64,000 nucleotides of DNA from Eledone cirrhosa. Taxonomy: Eukaryota. The translations under genes and the position numbers were made by a program. A model generated the notes under the pieces. That model worked only from the letters and a program-made list of their open reading frames with translations. It made no database searches and was not told the origin of the DNA. The stretch's first letter is position 1. Every line of letters begins with the position of its first letter. Below are positions 1 to 13,325 of this stretch, in pieces. The DNA lies in assembly GCA_964016885.1 (NCBI GenBank), contig OZ024746.1, forward strand, positions 45,446,001 through 45,510,000. Reading direction: 5' to 3'.

Positions 1-845
1 CTAAAGTGGAAGGTCTCACCAACAACTGTTTGCTTTGACAGTCTTACTGTTGAGACTATGAAGGTATTAAATTGAAATTAACTCAGCACTAAAATAAGAA
101 ACATTTTGATATCTAACTTGTCCAACAAGACATACACATGTTTCATCTGCAAATGAAGCTGCCCATCAAGTATTAGGATGTACTGTCTGAAGAAAAAGAT
201 GAACAATTAATGGACAATCAATGGACAACAATAGGCATGTATGTATGTAAGATCGCTCTTCAGCGCTACTGGTAACATATAACCCAATATAACCTGTGCA
301 TGGTCAGGTCTTCAGTGACTAAACCAACAACCCTACCAAACTTGCTTAGTGAGGAGGGTGATTTTGGACACCCTGTGGGATTTAAAACAAGACCTGGCAA
401 AGAGCGGAGGAACTCAGGAGAGTCAACTGCCATCCAATAATGTTATGTTGTGCAGCGAGAGACTCCTAGTCTTCATTAAGACATCTCTCTATGAGAAGGT
501 CACTTCAATATAAAACCTTCGGACTTAATTTGCATCCAATGTAGACCAGTTCTTCTTTTTCAGTACAATTGGCCCCGTGCAAGCCTTTCCTTACTTTAAA
601 AATTTTCAGGCACAGGCATCGATTGATATGTGACATTTGTTTGCGATGCATAGTATTGCTGGCCATAGGCAGGTTCCTGGTGGGTCTGAAGGGCCACGTC
701 TGTGCTGCTGATGCTTGAGTGACAAGTGATGGCATTGCTTCAAGTCAAGTTGCAGCCATCATGTATGTATGATTATAACTATGTATTATGTATGGATGAG
801 TGTATGTGTGTATGCATGTATGAAAAAAAAAATATATATATATAT

Positions 846-1139
846 ATTATAGATAATGAGGAATCAGTGATGCATCAAAACACAATTTATTAACATATTA
901 CATATGTTTCTCTGATGATCAGCTCAAGGCAGGATCTGTTACAGATTGAACCTGACTCTGCATTCGCAAGGCCCTCAGATATGTTGTAAAACATCGTCGG
1001 AGAAACATATGTAAAATGTTAATAAATTGTGTTTTGATGCATCACTGATTCCTTGTTATCTATAATAATATACTCTGCTCTGCGCGAGTATCGAGTGCTC
1101 AAACGCCATACTGCCTTTGGACGCATTTATTGCAACCAT

Positions 1140-1148
<9 letters not shown>
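846..1148. mobile_element. Fold-back Penelope-like (PLE) remnant between (TA)n tracts
   Basis: ~70-bp inverted arms (846-~918 / ~993-1066), each carrying GAAAC-ATAT-GTA followed by AATAAA. Unique tail 1067-1148 with TCGAGTGCTC. (TA)n on both sides. Confidence 0.65.
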
Positions 1149-1198
<50 letters not shown>

Positions 1199-1740
1199 GT
1201 GTGTGATTTATTGATTAGGATGTTTTTATCTCACAACTGTAAAGTCAGGAGTTTGATTCTCTGAGTATATTGCTGAGTATATTCTCTGAGTATAGTCCAA
1301 CTCAGCTGGCAAATGAGTTATACCTGTAATTCAAAAGGACAGACTTTTCACTCAGTATCATTCTGAATCTCCCTTGAAGCTATGGTAAAGATATATGTGT
1401 CTGTTGAATGTTCCAACAGGTTGTTATGTTGTTTGAACAACAGAAATGTTAGTTGGCAGAACCAACAGAGGTCCAATAACAACAATGTATCAATATATGT
1501 ATAGTTTGAATGTATTAATATATGTATAGCATGAATATATTTGTGTGAAAGCATGGATGATATTGCATGTGTAGATCTGTGTTTTGTCAGGTATATGTGT
1601 ACATATATATGTGTTTGCTTTTTAAACATGTGTATATGTAATTAATTTGTACTAAAACTCTGGAATATTTGTTGGTATGTATGCAAGCACATATGTAAGC
1701 ACATGTGATATGTGTCAGTATGTATGCGTGGGTGGGTGCG

Positions 1741-2580
1741 GGTGAGAGAAAAAGAGAGAGAAGAGAAAAGAGAAAAATGGAGGGAAATAAAGTGAATGGA
1801 GGTTAAAAGGTGAGTGTGGAAGGAAAAGAAATAAAGAGGTATAAAGAAATGAGGATGGGGTGGGGTATGTTAGACAGTGAAAGAGGAGTAGTAAGTGAGA
1901 ATAAGAGAGATGAGTGTAATCAAGAGGAAAGACTTGATAGAGAAGGAAGAAGAGAAGTAGGAGATTGTAAGAAAGATAAAGAGAAATAGAAATATATAAA
2001 GGAACAAGTTGTGGATCAGTGAGTGGGATGAGCGTAAAGGTAAGAGTTAGAGATGAGTGAAAGAGAAAGGAGCATAAGAAGGTGGAGAGAGTGGAGGTGA
2101 CAGGAAAAAGAAGGTATATAGAAACACTGAGAGAGTGAGTGAGAACCAGAGAAAGGAATGAGAATCAGAGAGATATTGGGTGAAAAAGAGATGAGAAAGA
2201 GATTGAGTAAGATGAGGTTGGAAAATAAACAGAAAAAAGTGAAACAGTGATGGGTAGTGATGAAACAGAAAAGGGAGAAAATAGAGAGAAAGAAAAAGAC
2301 AGAGTGAGAAGAAGAGTGGAGAAAAACAGAAAAAGTGTGGAACAGATAGACAGAGAAAGCGAAGCCACACACACACACACACACACACACATATGGAGAG
2401 AGATAGGTACAGGGAGAGAGAAAAAGAGAGTGAGGCAAAGAGAGAGCTTGGGGACAGAGTAAGAGAGAGAAAGACAGAAAGTGAGAGGTTTGAAAATGTA
2501 ATATAAAATTAGTGAGAGAGAAAAATGACTGACAATGAGAGTGAAGATGAAAGAAATGGGTGATGAGGGAGGGAGGAGGG
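1741..2580. repeat. GA-rich low-complexity tract with (CA)n
   Basis: Polypurine sequence; explains ORFs 2016-2597, 2047-2388, 2165-2392 and 2247-2462. Confidence 0.85.
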
Positions 2581-2960
2581 GTCAATAATTCCAACATATC
2601 AACTGTTCCCTAATGGGGTCAAAGTACCATATGACATAAAGGAAATCCATTGTCATTAGATTCTGTTCAGATTATTAAATTTTGATCCAAATGAAATTAA
2701 ATGTTAAATATTTCAAATATTAAAATAAAAGATGTAATTTAACTCCTATGCAGATCCTGAAATGTATTAAAATGTGACAGAACCACTTTATTATACACAG
2801 CTTTTTGACATTTCATAGAATAAAAAAATAAATAAATAAATAAATAAATTATTATTGATTAAAACTAGTTTCTGTAAACTGAAGGACAAAATATCTATAC
2901 ACACACATACATGCACATATAGATACAGATATATGTGTATGTGTTTGTATATATAAGTAT

Positions 2961-3014
<54 letters not shown>

Positions 3015-3017
<3 letters not shown>

Positions 3018-3199
3018 TCCCGGGTTTAATCGGGGGTAATCACAGTAAGCAGGATTGTAAACATCATGTTTAATATAGAAATGGCTTCTACAGAACTAGA
3101 ACTGTTTCATTCAAGAGAAATCATCAGAGATTTCCTGATGAATTCTTTTGTATGAACCATTTCTAGTCCTGTAGAAACTATTTTTATATTAAGCATGAT
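3015..3199. mobile_element. Degenerate fold-back PLE-like remnant with hammerhead core
   Basis: Imperfect inverted arms 3063-~3128 / ~3132-3199. Minus strand reads CTGATGA-T-TTC-tctt-GAA-T-GAAAC (3127 to 3104). Follows a long (TA)n. Confidence 0.55.
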
Positions 3200-3399
3200 A
3201 CACAAACACACACACATACACACACATATATATATGAATGTTTCTATATCATCATCATCAGTCTACATCCATTATATGTATATATCTTTCTGATTTTATA
3301 CGTTAGACATATGCTGGTTTAGTTGGCCTCTTACAGAGTTGTATCTCATAGAAGGTGTCTTGGGTGTTTAATAATAAGGGCTCCCAATTATATCATGAA

Positions 3400-3590
3400 T
3401 GACATGCCAACCCATTGAAAGAGTTACCCTCTTGCTTCTACTAACACTCATTTTTTAACTACCTGGATAGGAGCAATGTGAAATGAAGTTGCCTGCTCAA
3501 AAATATAATGCTACACCTGATCCAGAAATTGGAGCCATGACTTTATGTTTGTGAGTCCAGTACCCTAACCACAAGGCTACATGCCTTCAC
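3400..3590 (-). mobile_element. tRNA-derived SINE (second family; related copy ~39610-39800)
   Basis: Minus-strand head GTGAAGGCATGTAGCCTTGTGGTTAGGG with A-box-like motif; similar degenerate copy near 39.7 kb. Confidence 0.5.
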
Positions 3591-3612
3591 TTTATTATAT
3601 ATATATAGATAG

Positions 3613-3643
<31 letters not shown>

Positions 3644-4700
3644 TGGCTGTCACATTATGATGTTAGACAGGTCAGGTGAGTTTCTATTGTTAGAGGCCCA
3701 TCCTCATGCCACTTACTTCACAGTATGTACAGAGAGCTTTTGTTGTAGCACCAGCACTATCACCTTGAACGGTGGTCTGAGTGTCTTTTACCATATCACC
3801 AGTGCTACATTATTAACATTGTGCTTATTGTGTACTTGGCTCAGCTAGGGAGGCATTGCTGAGAGTGAGATGTCACAACAATCTTCTAGCTATGTGCTGC
3901 TTGCTAATAGTGGTTACAGGTCATCCAACAGAGGGAGTACTAGCAACATGCCATGGGGATGTATTAAATAGAGTGAATTGCACTTGGTAGCATATTGTGA
4001 AGCATGTGTAAGTCTCCATGGATGGGGTGGACAGGAAAGATGTATTGGGGAAGTGGCATGCGTGTAGAGGAAGCACATCATCATCAGTGTTGTTAAATGT
4101 ATATTTTAGATGCTTGCCTGTGTCAAAGAGCCTGTCACTCTCTAAGACTAGGCTGGATAGCTGACCATGTATGGTTGATAAAATGCTGTTTTGGCACAGC
4201 TTCAATGATCAGGTGCCAGATTCAACCCTATCCAAGCATTTTATCAAGGTACCATCAACATTATATATATATTATTAGCACAAATTGAAAATTTAAGCAA
4301 ACAATTTCTGTTTTCACTCTTATATGGGATCTTCTGAAAATCCAGAATAAGGGTGAAAGCATAAATTGTTTGCATAAACTTTCAATCTGTGGTACTAATA
4401 AGTATTTCCTCTATGGGTTTATGCATATATATATATATATAATATACACACATATATTTCTTCTCAGATATATATATATTTCTTCTTTCCAATATAAAGT
4501 GTGAAACTAACAAGACATTTTCTACCTGTTTGTTGACTCCTTGAACTATATATATATATATATATATATCCATAATCAAAAGTCAGGGAATTGGCAGTCA
4601 TATGTTAGGATATCAAATAGAATAATTTGCAACATTTGTTCTGGCTCTCTGTACTCTGACTTCAAATCCCGCTGACGTCAACTTTGCTCTTGCTTCCTTT

Positions 4701-4825
<125 letters not shown>

Positions 4826-5045
4826 TCCCTTTCTCTCTGAAAGAAATCAGATATATGGTCAAGCCTAGGAAAGGATGAGCTCCATAGGGCATCATCAAAG
4901 CCACTTAACAAAATATGAGGAACATATAACCAAAGAGACAATCCTTATCAATAGAATAATGTCTTCAATAATCAGTAAATGTAAATTACATGAAGCTAAT
5001 TGGTTATTGCAATTATACCAGTCTATATTTTATTACATCTTTGAC

Positions 5046-6657
5046 CCTATATGTACAGCTTACCATCACCATCACCATCACTCTCCAATATATGTACAGC
5101 TTACCATCACCATCATTCTCCAATATATGTACAGCTTACCATCACCATCACTCTCCAATATATGTACAGCTTACCATCACCATCACTCTCCAATATATGT
5201 ACAGCTTACCATCACCATCACCATCATTCTCCAATATATGTACAGCTTACCATCACCATCATTCTCCAATATATGTACAGCTTACCATCACCATCACTGT
5301 CCAATATATGTACAGCTTACCATCACCATCACCATCACTCTCCAATATATGTACAGCTTACCATCACCATCACCATCACTCTCCAATATATGTACAGCTT
5401 ACCATCACCATCACTCTCCAATATATGTACAGCTTACCATCACCATCACTGTCCAATATATGTACAGCTTACCATCACCATCACTCTCCAATATATGTAC
5501 AGCTTACCATCACTCTCCAATATATGTACAGCTTACCATCACCATCACTCTCCAATATATGTACAGCTTACCATCACCATCACTGTCCAATATATGTACA
5601 GCTTACCATTACCATCACTCTCCAATATATGTACAGCTTACCATCACCATCACTCTCCAATATATGTACAGCTTACCATCACCATCACTGTCCAATATAT
5701 GTACAGCTTACCATTACCATCACTCTCCAATATATGTACAGCTTACCATCACCATCACTCTCCAATATATGTACAGCTTACCATCACTCTCCAATATATG
5801 TACAGCTTACCATCACTCTCCAATATATGTACAGCTTACCATCACCATCACTCTCCAATATATGTACAGCTTACCATCACCATCACTCTCCAATATATGT
5901 ACAGCTTACCATCACTCTCCAATATATGTACAGCTTACCATCACTGTCCAATATATGTACAGCTTACCATCACCATCACTCTCCAATATATGTACAGCTT
6001 ACCATCACCATCACTCTCCAATATATGTACAGCTTACCATCACCATCACCATCACTGTCCAATATATGTACAGCTTACCATCACTCTCCAATATATGTAC
6101 AGCTTACCATTACCATCACTCTCCAATATATATACAGCTTACCATCACTCTCCAATATATGTACAGCTTACCATCACCATCACTCTCCAATATATGTACA
6201 GCTTACCATCACCATCACTGTCCAATATATATACAGCTTACCATCACCATCACTCTCCAATATATGTACAGCTTACCATCACTCTCCAATATATGTACAG
6301 CTTACCATCACCATCACCATCACTGTCCAATATATGTACAGCTTACCATCACCATTACTGTCCAATATATGTACAGCTTACCATCACCATCACTGTCCAA
6401 TATATGTACAGCTTACCATCACTCTCCAATATATGTACAGCTTACCATCACTGTCCAATATATGTACAGCTTACCATCACCATCACTCTCCAATATATGT
6501 ACAGCTTACCATCACCATCACTCTCCAATATATGTACAGCTTACCATCACCATCACTCTCCAATATATGTACAGCTTACCATCACTCTCCAATATATGTA
6601 CAGCTTACCATCACTCTCCAATATATGTACAGCTTACCATCACCATCACTCTCCAAT
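5046..6657. repeat. Modular minisatellite: 23-bp core CTCTCCAATATATGTACAGCTTA + (CCATCA)1-3 (units of 29/35/41 bp)
   Basis: ~45 tandem units; produces the three stop-free + strand ORFs at 4875-6715. Confidence 0.97.
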
Positions 6658-6756
6658 TTCATTTTCTCCAGAAAAAGACATCTTAAACCTCAAATACCGT
6701 GAAATAAAAATGTAAGTTATTTTATTTTGTTTTGCTTAACTCCTATTTTGACTCCA

Positions 6757-6947
6757 GGTGGATTGGCAGTATCGGTAGAGGGTCGGACGCCATGTTTTGA
6801 CGCATAGAGTTACAGCCCTTGCCATTCTGAGTTCAAATCCCGCCGAGGTTTACTTTGCTTTTCATCCATACGGGGTCGATAAAATAAAGTACCAGTAATG
6901 CACTGGTTAATTGCTCGCCTTGTGCCAAACTAGAAACATGCATTATT
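6757..6947 (+). mobile_element. tRNA-derived SINE (main family of this window)
   Basis: Head GGTGGATTGGCAGTATCGGTAG (A box), GAGTTCAAATCC (B box), core TTTCATCC..GGGGTCGATAAAATAAAGTACCAG, tail GCCTTGTGCCAAA. More than 10 copies in the window. Confidence 0.85.
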
Positions 6948-7079
6948 GTGGTTTCCCCAAAATCAATTTTTACAACATCTCTCTCAATGTTTCATATAAT
7001 TGTGTGTGTGTATATCCAAAACTTGCTAATAGGAAAAACCTGTTAAATAATGATTGTATTTGTGTGTATATGTATATAT

Positions 7080-7111
<32 letters not shown>

Positions 7112-7119
7112 TTATATAC

Positions 7120-7634
7120 TTAGGGTAAACATTGATGCAATTCAATTCAAGCACTCAACGTACTTATTCCACTTAGGAGTGACGGAGTAAATATCGAATA
7201 AGGAAAAGTGAAGTAGTTTCGGATCTTCAAGTCTTTTAATAATAGTGCTGTGATATATATTTCAATGGCGACAGTGGCCACACTGTTCCGTGCGCCAGTG
7301 TCGCGACATCGTCATACAACTTGTTACATAATAAGGTTATGTTTCCGAAGCAATCCAAATTGAATCGACATGGGAACGGACGAAGTGTGTGCTCTTGGGT
7401 TCTTCCCTGGGGAATGGATGAAGAACCCAAGAGCACACACTTCGTCCGTCCCCATGTCGATTCAATTTGGATTGCCTCGGAAACATAACCTTATTATGTA
7501 ACAAGCTGTATGACGATGTCGCGACACTGGTGCACGGAAAAGTGTGGCCACAGTCGCCATTGAAATATATATCACAGCATTATTATTAAAAGACTTGAAC
7601 ATCTGAAACTACTTCGCTTTTCCTTATTCGATAT
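7120..7634. mobile_element. Fold-back PLE-like element with 215-bp near-perfect inverted arms
   Basis: Arms 7191-7405 / 7420-7634, 14-nt loop. Tail 7120-7190 with AGCACTCAAC. (TA)n on both flanks. Confidence 0.75.
7505..7578 (+). ncRNA. Variant minimal type I hammerhead ribozyme motif
   Basis: GCTGT-ATGACGA-T-GTCGCGAC..GTCGCCAT-T-GAAAT-ATAT-ATC-ACAGC. Stem I perfect, stem II 7/8, palindromic loop III. C3 is replaced by A. Mirrored on the minus strand of the left arm. Confidence 0.55.
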
Positions 7635-7659
7635 ATATATATATATATATTTATTTATG

Positions 7660-8306
7660 TAAAGTGCAGAGCGTATGTGCATAAACACCTACTCACCGTA
7701 CTGTATTATTGCAGTATTGTGTTAGCTCAATGTACATGGACAGAGCCGTTATATGCAAAAGAAACCAAAGAACGCTTACATACTTAAATAGTCTTTATTC
7801 ACTAACAATGTTTCATCCTCACCTTTTGGCAGGAATCATCAGAGCTTAATAAATACAGTGTAGAGTATAAGCTCCACAAAAACTTAGTCACACGAACAAT
7901 CAGAAAAAATAATAGGGGGATTATATAAAGAACATATCCTGTATTTCTTTATATTTTTTTAATGTATTTTTTATGTATTTATTATGCACTTTTTAATGCT
8001 TTCACACTTTTTGATTTTACATTCTGCATTTTTGAGTGCCATCTACTGTGTCTTCATCTTGTTGAATCCGATTGTGCCTTGGTATTTTGCAGTGATGCTT
8101 ATTAGCCCCAGCATGAACCTCTTTCTTAGATATATCCAATCCCCCTATTATTTTTTCTGATTGTTCGTGTGACTAAATTTTTGTAGAGCTCATACTCTAC
8201 ACTGTATTTATTAAGCTCTGATGATTCCTGCCAAAAGGTGAGGATGAAACATTGTTCGTGAATAAAGACTGAGTATGTAAGCGTTCTTTGGTTTCTTTTG
8301 CATATA
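7660..8306. mobile_element. PLE-like element with ~170-bp inverted arms and 215-bp spacer
   Basis: Arms 7750-7922 / 8138-8306. CTGATGA-T-TCCT..AGGA-T-GAAAC at 8218-8250, AATAAA at 8261. (TA)n flanks. Confidence 0.7.
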
Positions 8307-9195
8307 TATATATATATATATAGTATTTATATATTTGTAAATGTATTTATAAACAAACACACACCTAAGATATAGAAAAAACATTTTCAAATACAATTTT
8401 TGTTCTTTATTTTTTCCTCTCAGATTTCAACAATTACATATTCTCTTTCGTGACATCCGAATGAGATTGCTAATATCTTTAGATATGTACTTAATTTCAA
8501 TGCTATTGTCCTCTTCTTTTGCATAAACATGTTTAGAAGCAAGAAAATAATGTATTAGTATAATGGAAAGCATTAGTCTGTGAAGAAAACACTATCATTC
8601 TTGTAGGACATGCAATATGATGTGATGTGTTTACTTAAATATAAAGGGCTTGGAAAGCACCTCATTGATCATTGAATTTTAGACAGACACACACACATAC
8701 ACACAAATACACACCCACACAAACTCACACATACGCAGTTGCTTGTTCATATAATTGCCAGTGACATTTGGACTTAAGTCTCACCACCACCACTTTCACC
8801 ATAAACATTTATTGTTTGAAATAACAGGAAAATGAAAATATAAATATTACTTTCTATTAATAAAATGTGAAGAAACATTGAAAAGAATTACATACATTTA
8901 TGATGGGACGTTGTTATGAATCAATGATACACTAACCAATGCTGAGCAATCAGAAATGTAAAGCACATCATCGAATAAACAATACAAATGTAATAAAAGA
9001 GAAGAAGCTAATTTTAAATCAGGCCAAGGAAACCATGTTGCATTGATCTTTTCATTGTAACTCCTGGCAAAATTGTCACCATGTTTTAATATAAACTCTG
9101 CATGCTCAGAGACGGAAAAGATACCACAAGGGTCCCATCTTTAACAATTCCAAATGATGAAACAAAATACGTATATACTTATATGTACCAATATA

Positions 9196-9380
9196 CTGTA
9201 TATACTTAAGTATATGCCAACCCCACTATCTTATGTCTGAGAAATGGGCAGAAAACCAAACCTTATTTATATAGAATTTGAAGTTGGTGAAAATCGTCAA
9301 ACTATTGACCCTGAATATAAGCCAACCCCCATCGATTCTTTGCGTCACATATTCCTTGGCTTATATTCAAGTATATATGG
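9196..9380. mobile_element. Tc1/mariner-pogo-type MITE
   Basis: Degenerate TIRs CTGTATATACTTAAGTATATGCCAA / TTGGCTTATATTCAAGTATATATGG flanked by TA on both sides; internal subterminal copy at ~9310-9330. Confidence 0.6.
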
Positions 9381-11212
9381 TACATTGTTTATGTACTATT
9401 GTATTTTTGCAGTAAAAGCTTTATCTCACATATATATTTGGCTTATATCAAATCTATAAGATTTTTATATTATTTATTTTGAGAAGAATACCTTAACATC
9501 AGTATAAGTGGCCAGTTATGGCCAGTTTGAGCAGAAAGAGCTGAGAGAATTCTGGCCGGATATAGCCAGTTTAAATGCTAAAGGGTTAAGGTATAGCTTA
9601 ATTTACATTTTGTTATCAATCATTGTCAAATTATTTTCTAAAATATGTTTACTTGGTTCTAATAATGGGTACCTAATAGTAGTTTCTAATATTGGCATAA
9701 TGACACACCAACACAAAATTTGGGGAAGGGGGAATGCATGGCAAGGTTAGACCAACCAATGAAAATCAAAATTAATCATTTAAACTCAGGAACTCTGATT
9801 GTAATTTGACATAACTATGTACCTAAGCACATGGTTCTTATTCCATTTTTATCACATTTGTTACACCACTACTCTGTTTTACTGCTTTTTAAAATACAAA
9901 TAATTTCCAAAGAAATATGTGTCAAAATTAATCTATTTCTATTATTTCTCTCCTCTTTCCCTTATAACTTTATCTGTCTCTCTTCTTCAAACTATCTGCT
10001 TATAATTATCCTGTCCCTCAGTCTTATACTTTTTGTACTTGATTGTGGTTGTTTAGCCCTAATTTAGTAAACCTATGACAGAGATTATTCAAATAATGAC
10101 AATCCCACCTGTTTTTGTAGGTGTAATTTACCGGGGACTATATTATTCAATGTGTCCTTCCTTTTATTTAAGGTAAGTAATGTCTAGAGGAAGATTTTGA
10201 AGATGTACAGGCAGGTGAAGTAATCGCATAGAATCTCCCATTTTGATTTCTAGTTGTTGTTGTTGCTATTGCTGTTGCAGCTTAGGCTCAGATCAGCCTA
10301 GGAGCAGACCAGTGATAGTTTTCTAAACGTATTAAGGACTAACGTTCTAAGTGTATTAAGGACAAAGCTGTGCAATGGTTTACTCTTTTTTCGGATATTA
10401 GATGCAATTCTGATAAGATTTTAGCTGCTATTTTTAAGCATTAAAGCAAGCAATAATTTTGAGGCACCCTATCTCTTTCTGTCTCTTTCATAATCTATCA
10501 TTATTGCTACTCCACACTGCCACTCCCTTTCTCACCTTCTCTTTTTCTTTCTCTCTATATATATATGCATCTGTCTTTCTTGCTAGTAAATATTGATTTT
10601 GTCACTTTCTTTGACTATTTATTTTGGTCTTCCATACTACTTCTCTTTTGCAATCACATTTTTTTCCACATGTTCTCACAGACACATGAATAGCAGATTT
10701 TATAATATATAATAGATATGTTATGTGTGCTATATAATTTTTTTTATTGTATTCAAAGAGTTAGATTATTACTAATAACCCAAGGCAGCTCTTTTACATC
10801 AAAAGTTGTGAAAGAAACATATGAGATTGATATATGTTTGGAAAGTCACACAGAAGTTTTACAAAAAAGTGCACCTCAGAACGTAAAACTGTTTATATTG
10901 CTTGGTGTACGATATAATATAGGCATCCTCATCATCATATACTGTCCATTTTCCCTGTTAGCATATATATATATGGGTGGTGAGAAAGAGAAAATGGGTA
11001 GAAGAGTGTTTGTATGTATGTATGTATTTATATTAAATTGTTTGGTTACAAATTGTCGAATATCTTGTCAAACAACATAGTTGGTTGTTCCTAACACTTC
11101 AAATATATAGAAGCAGGCTATACCACAAAGCTAAATCTTCCACATATTTCTCACTCATCATTATCACCATCATCGGTGCACTCATCTTTCATTACTGGCT
11201 TGCACTTAACAG

Positions 11213-11299
11213 GTTTCCCTTGCCGTCTTCCGGGGAAACGCCTTCTCCATCCTGTCCGCCGGGGCTATGAGGAGGCACCGCGTATCATTCCATATTTAA
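11213..11299 (+). CDS. Candidate internal coding exon of an unidentified host gene: (G)FPCRLPGKRLLHPVRRGYEEAPRIIPYL
   Basis: GC/CpG-rich island in AT-rich DNA. Acceptor TTGCACTTAACAG|, donor AA|GTATGA. 87 nt, phase 1-1, stop-free, not recognisably repetitive. Confidence 0.5.
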   Translation, partial: VSLAVFRGNAFSILSAGAMRRHRVSFHI

Positions 11300-13136
11300 G
11301 TATGATCAATGAAGAATATGCGCCTGTCTACAAGCTATTAGACCATGTTTTTTTAAGTAATGGGATCAAATAGAGAGAGGTACACATTGACATGTGTTCA
11401 ATTATTGAATACATGTGTCTATGTGTACTTCTCTCTATATGCTGATATATACTTAACAGGTATGTTTCAATATGCCATGTACACAGAAAAAAATAATAAT
11501 TACATGATATACCACTAACACTTAAAGTAAATTAACTTTATAAACAAAATAAGGTTAAACTCTGATATCATCATCATCATCATCACCCTTTTACGTCCGC
11601 TTTTCCCTGCTTGCAAGGGTTGATATATGTATCCTTAACTGTTGCTATGGGGACATAGTTGTAGGATCTTACAAAAGACCTGTAGCCTTTAACTATGTAA
11701 AATCTAAATGAACACCAACAGGTTTGAAATTGCAATGCTTAGTTTTACGGGTCCACACATTCTGTCTAAAAAAAAATTAAAGAAATTTTGTTTTTAGTGC
11801 AACTTTAAAATATATGGCAGATTAAACATGTCACTGGTTAACTTAGTAATGGACAGTGAATAAAAGTTTACATTTTCAAACAAAGTGAAACGTGGTTATG
11901 TGGAGAAGTGTTCATATGAGGAAAAATAAAATTGTATCCACATTTTTATATTTTTTCATTGGAATACTTTTTTACATCGGCACGTTTCCTTAGTAATGTA
12001 TTATCACATTTGAACAAATATTTAAACATATCTTTAAATAAAATAAATAGATATATATGTGGAACAGGTGTATGTGTGTATGTACATAAATATACATATA
12101 TATACATACATGGACTTATACATAATTGTTGAACTAATATTGATTTTAAAGACATGTCATTATGTATCTTTTAAAGAGGTAGATACAACAAAGAATAACA
12201 TTTAAGTACGTATTATATATTTATATATACATAAAACACACACACACACACACACACACATACACACACAAAAGTTGCTCCTCTATTACTCCTTTCAACA
12301 TAGTCTCACTCCAATTCATTGTCTTTCCCAACCATGCTTTCACACCTATTTGCCTATTCCCTAGTCACATGTCGTGAATGAACAAAGAAACTCTCAGGTA
12401 GTAAATTCACCCCTACCCACCCCATTATCCTTAGTGATACATGATTCAAGGCAAACACACACTAGTTCTGGTTACATGATCAACTGCATTTAGTACACTC
12501 TGTAAAGTGACACAACATATAGTTTAAAAAGACCCTTTTATCCTGCAAATACATCTTTGCGTAAAGACTAGATCGTATGATGCCTGTGTACAAAGTACGT
12601 CACTGCGCTGTATTGAAATATAATTATTAAGCTTAGGGGATGTGAAAAAGCAATGTATAATGTTAGCATGGATGTAAAATGGAGCACAGAGGAGCTGAGA
12701 CAAAATAAGTACAAGGAGAAATAACAGCTCAAGAGAGAAGACTGCATTGGTGCTCAGATGATGTTGGATGAAGAAGTACTAAGCAATCCAAGTGGAAGAA
12801 ACATGCAAACAAGGAACATTATGTTAGATGTGTAGAATAATCATGAAAACTGATCTCAGAGTGCTGAACTTTAAAGTGATAACAAGTGTTGCAAAAATGT
12901 GTTAGAGAAAACTAATACAACCCTTACAGATATGTAAAATTAAACAGTAAATGTTGAGGATGAGGTGGGGGTAGTTAAATAAGAATAGGAGTATGATAAT
13001 GATGATTAGGAGGAGTAAGAGGAGCATGTACATGATGATGATGATGATGATGATAATGTAGTGGTGGGGTGACAAAATAAGAAGGGCATTGTGATGAGGA
13101 TGATGACAAAGTAGTGGTGGTGATTATCATGATAAT

Positions 13137-13325
13137 AATTTGTTTCTACTTTTGGCACAAAGCAGCAATTACCCCAGTGCATTACTGGTGCTTTATTTTA
13201 TCGACCCGGTAAGGATGAAAGGCAAAGCTAACCTTGAAAGGATTTGAACTCAGAACGTAAAGGGAAATAACTCTATGCTGCAAAGCATGGTGTTTGACAC
13301 TCTACTGATACTGCTAATCCACTGA
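13137..13325 (-). mobile_element. tRNA-derived SINE, main family
   Basis: Reverse complement of the 6757 SINE, diverged. Confidence 0.8.

Noticed and set aside
5046-6657. CRISPR-like repeat/spacer appearance
   Set aside because: The 'spacers' are only copies of CCATCA; no unique spacers, no cas genes, eukaryotic context.
4875-6715. 554-603 aa ORFs in three frames
   Set aside because: Translation of a stop-free minisatellite, not a gene.
6757-6850. tRNA gene
   Set aside because: A/B boxes belong to a SINE head; no cloverleaf.
8401-8500. Strong polypyrimidine acceptor TTTTTCCTCTCAG
   Set aside because: No convincing donor or recognisable peptide; two frames stop quickly.
9540-9589. piggyBac-like right end (AAAGGG-TTAA)
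   Set aside because: No matching left end found; fragment only.
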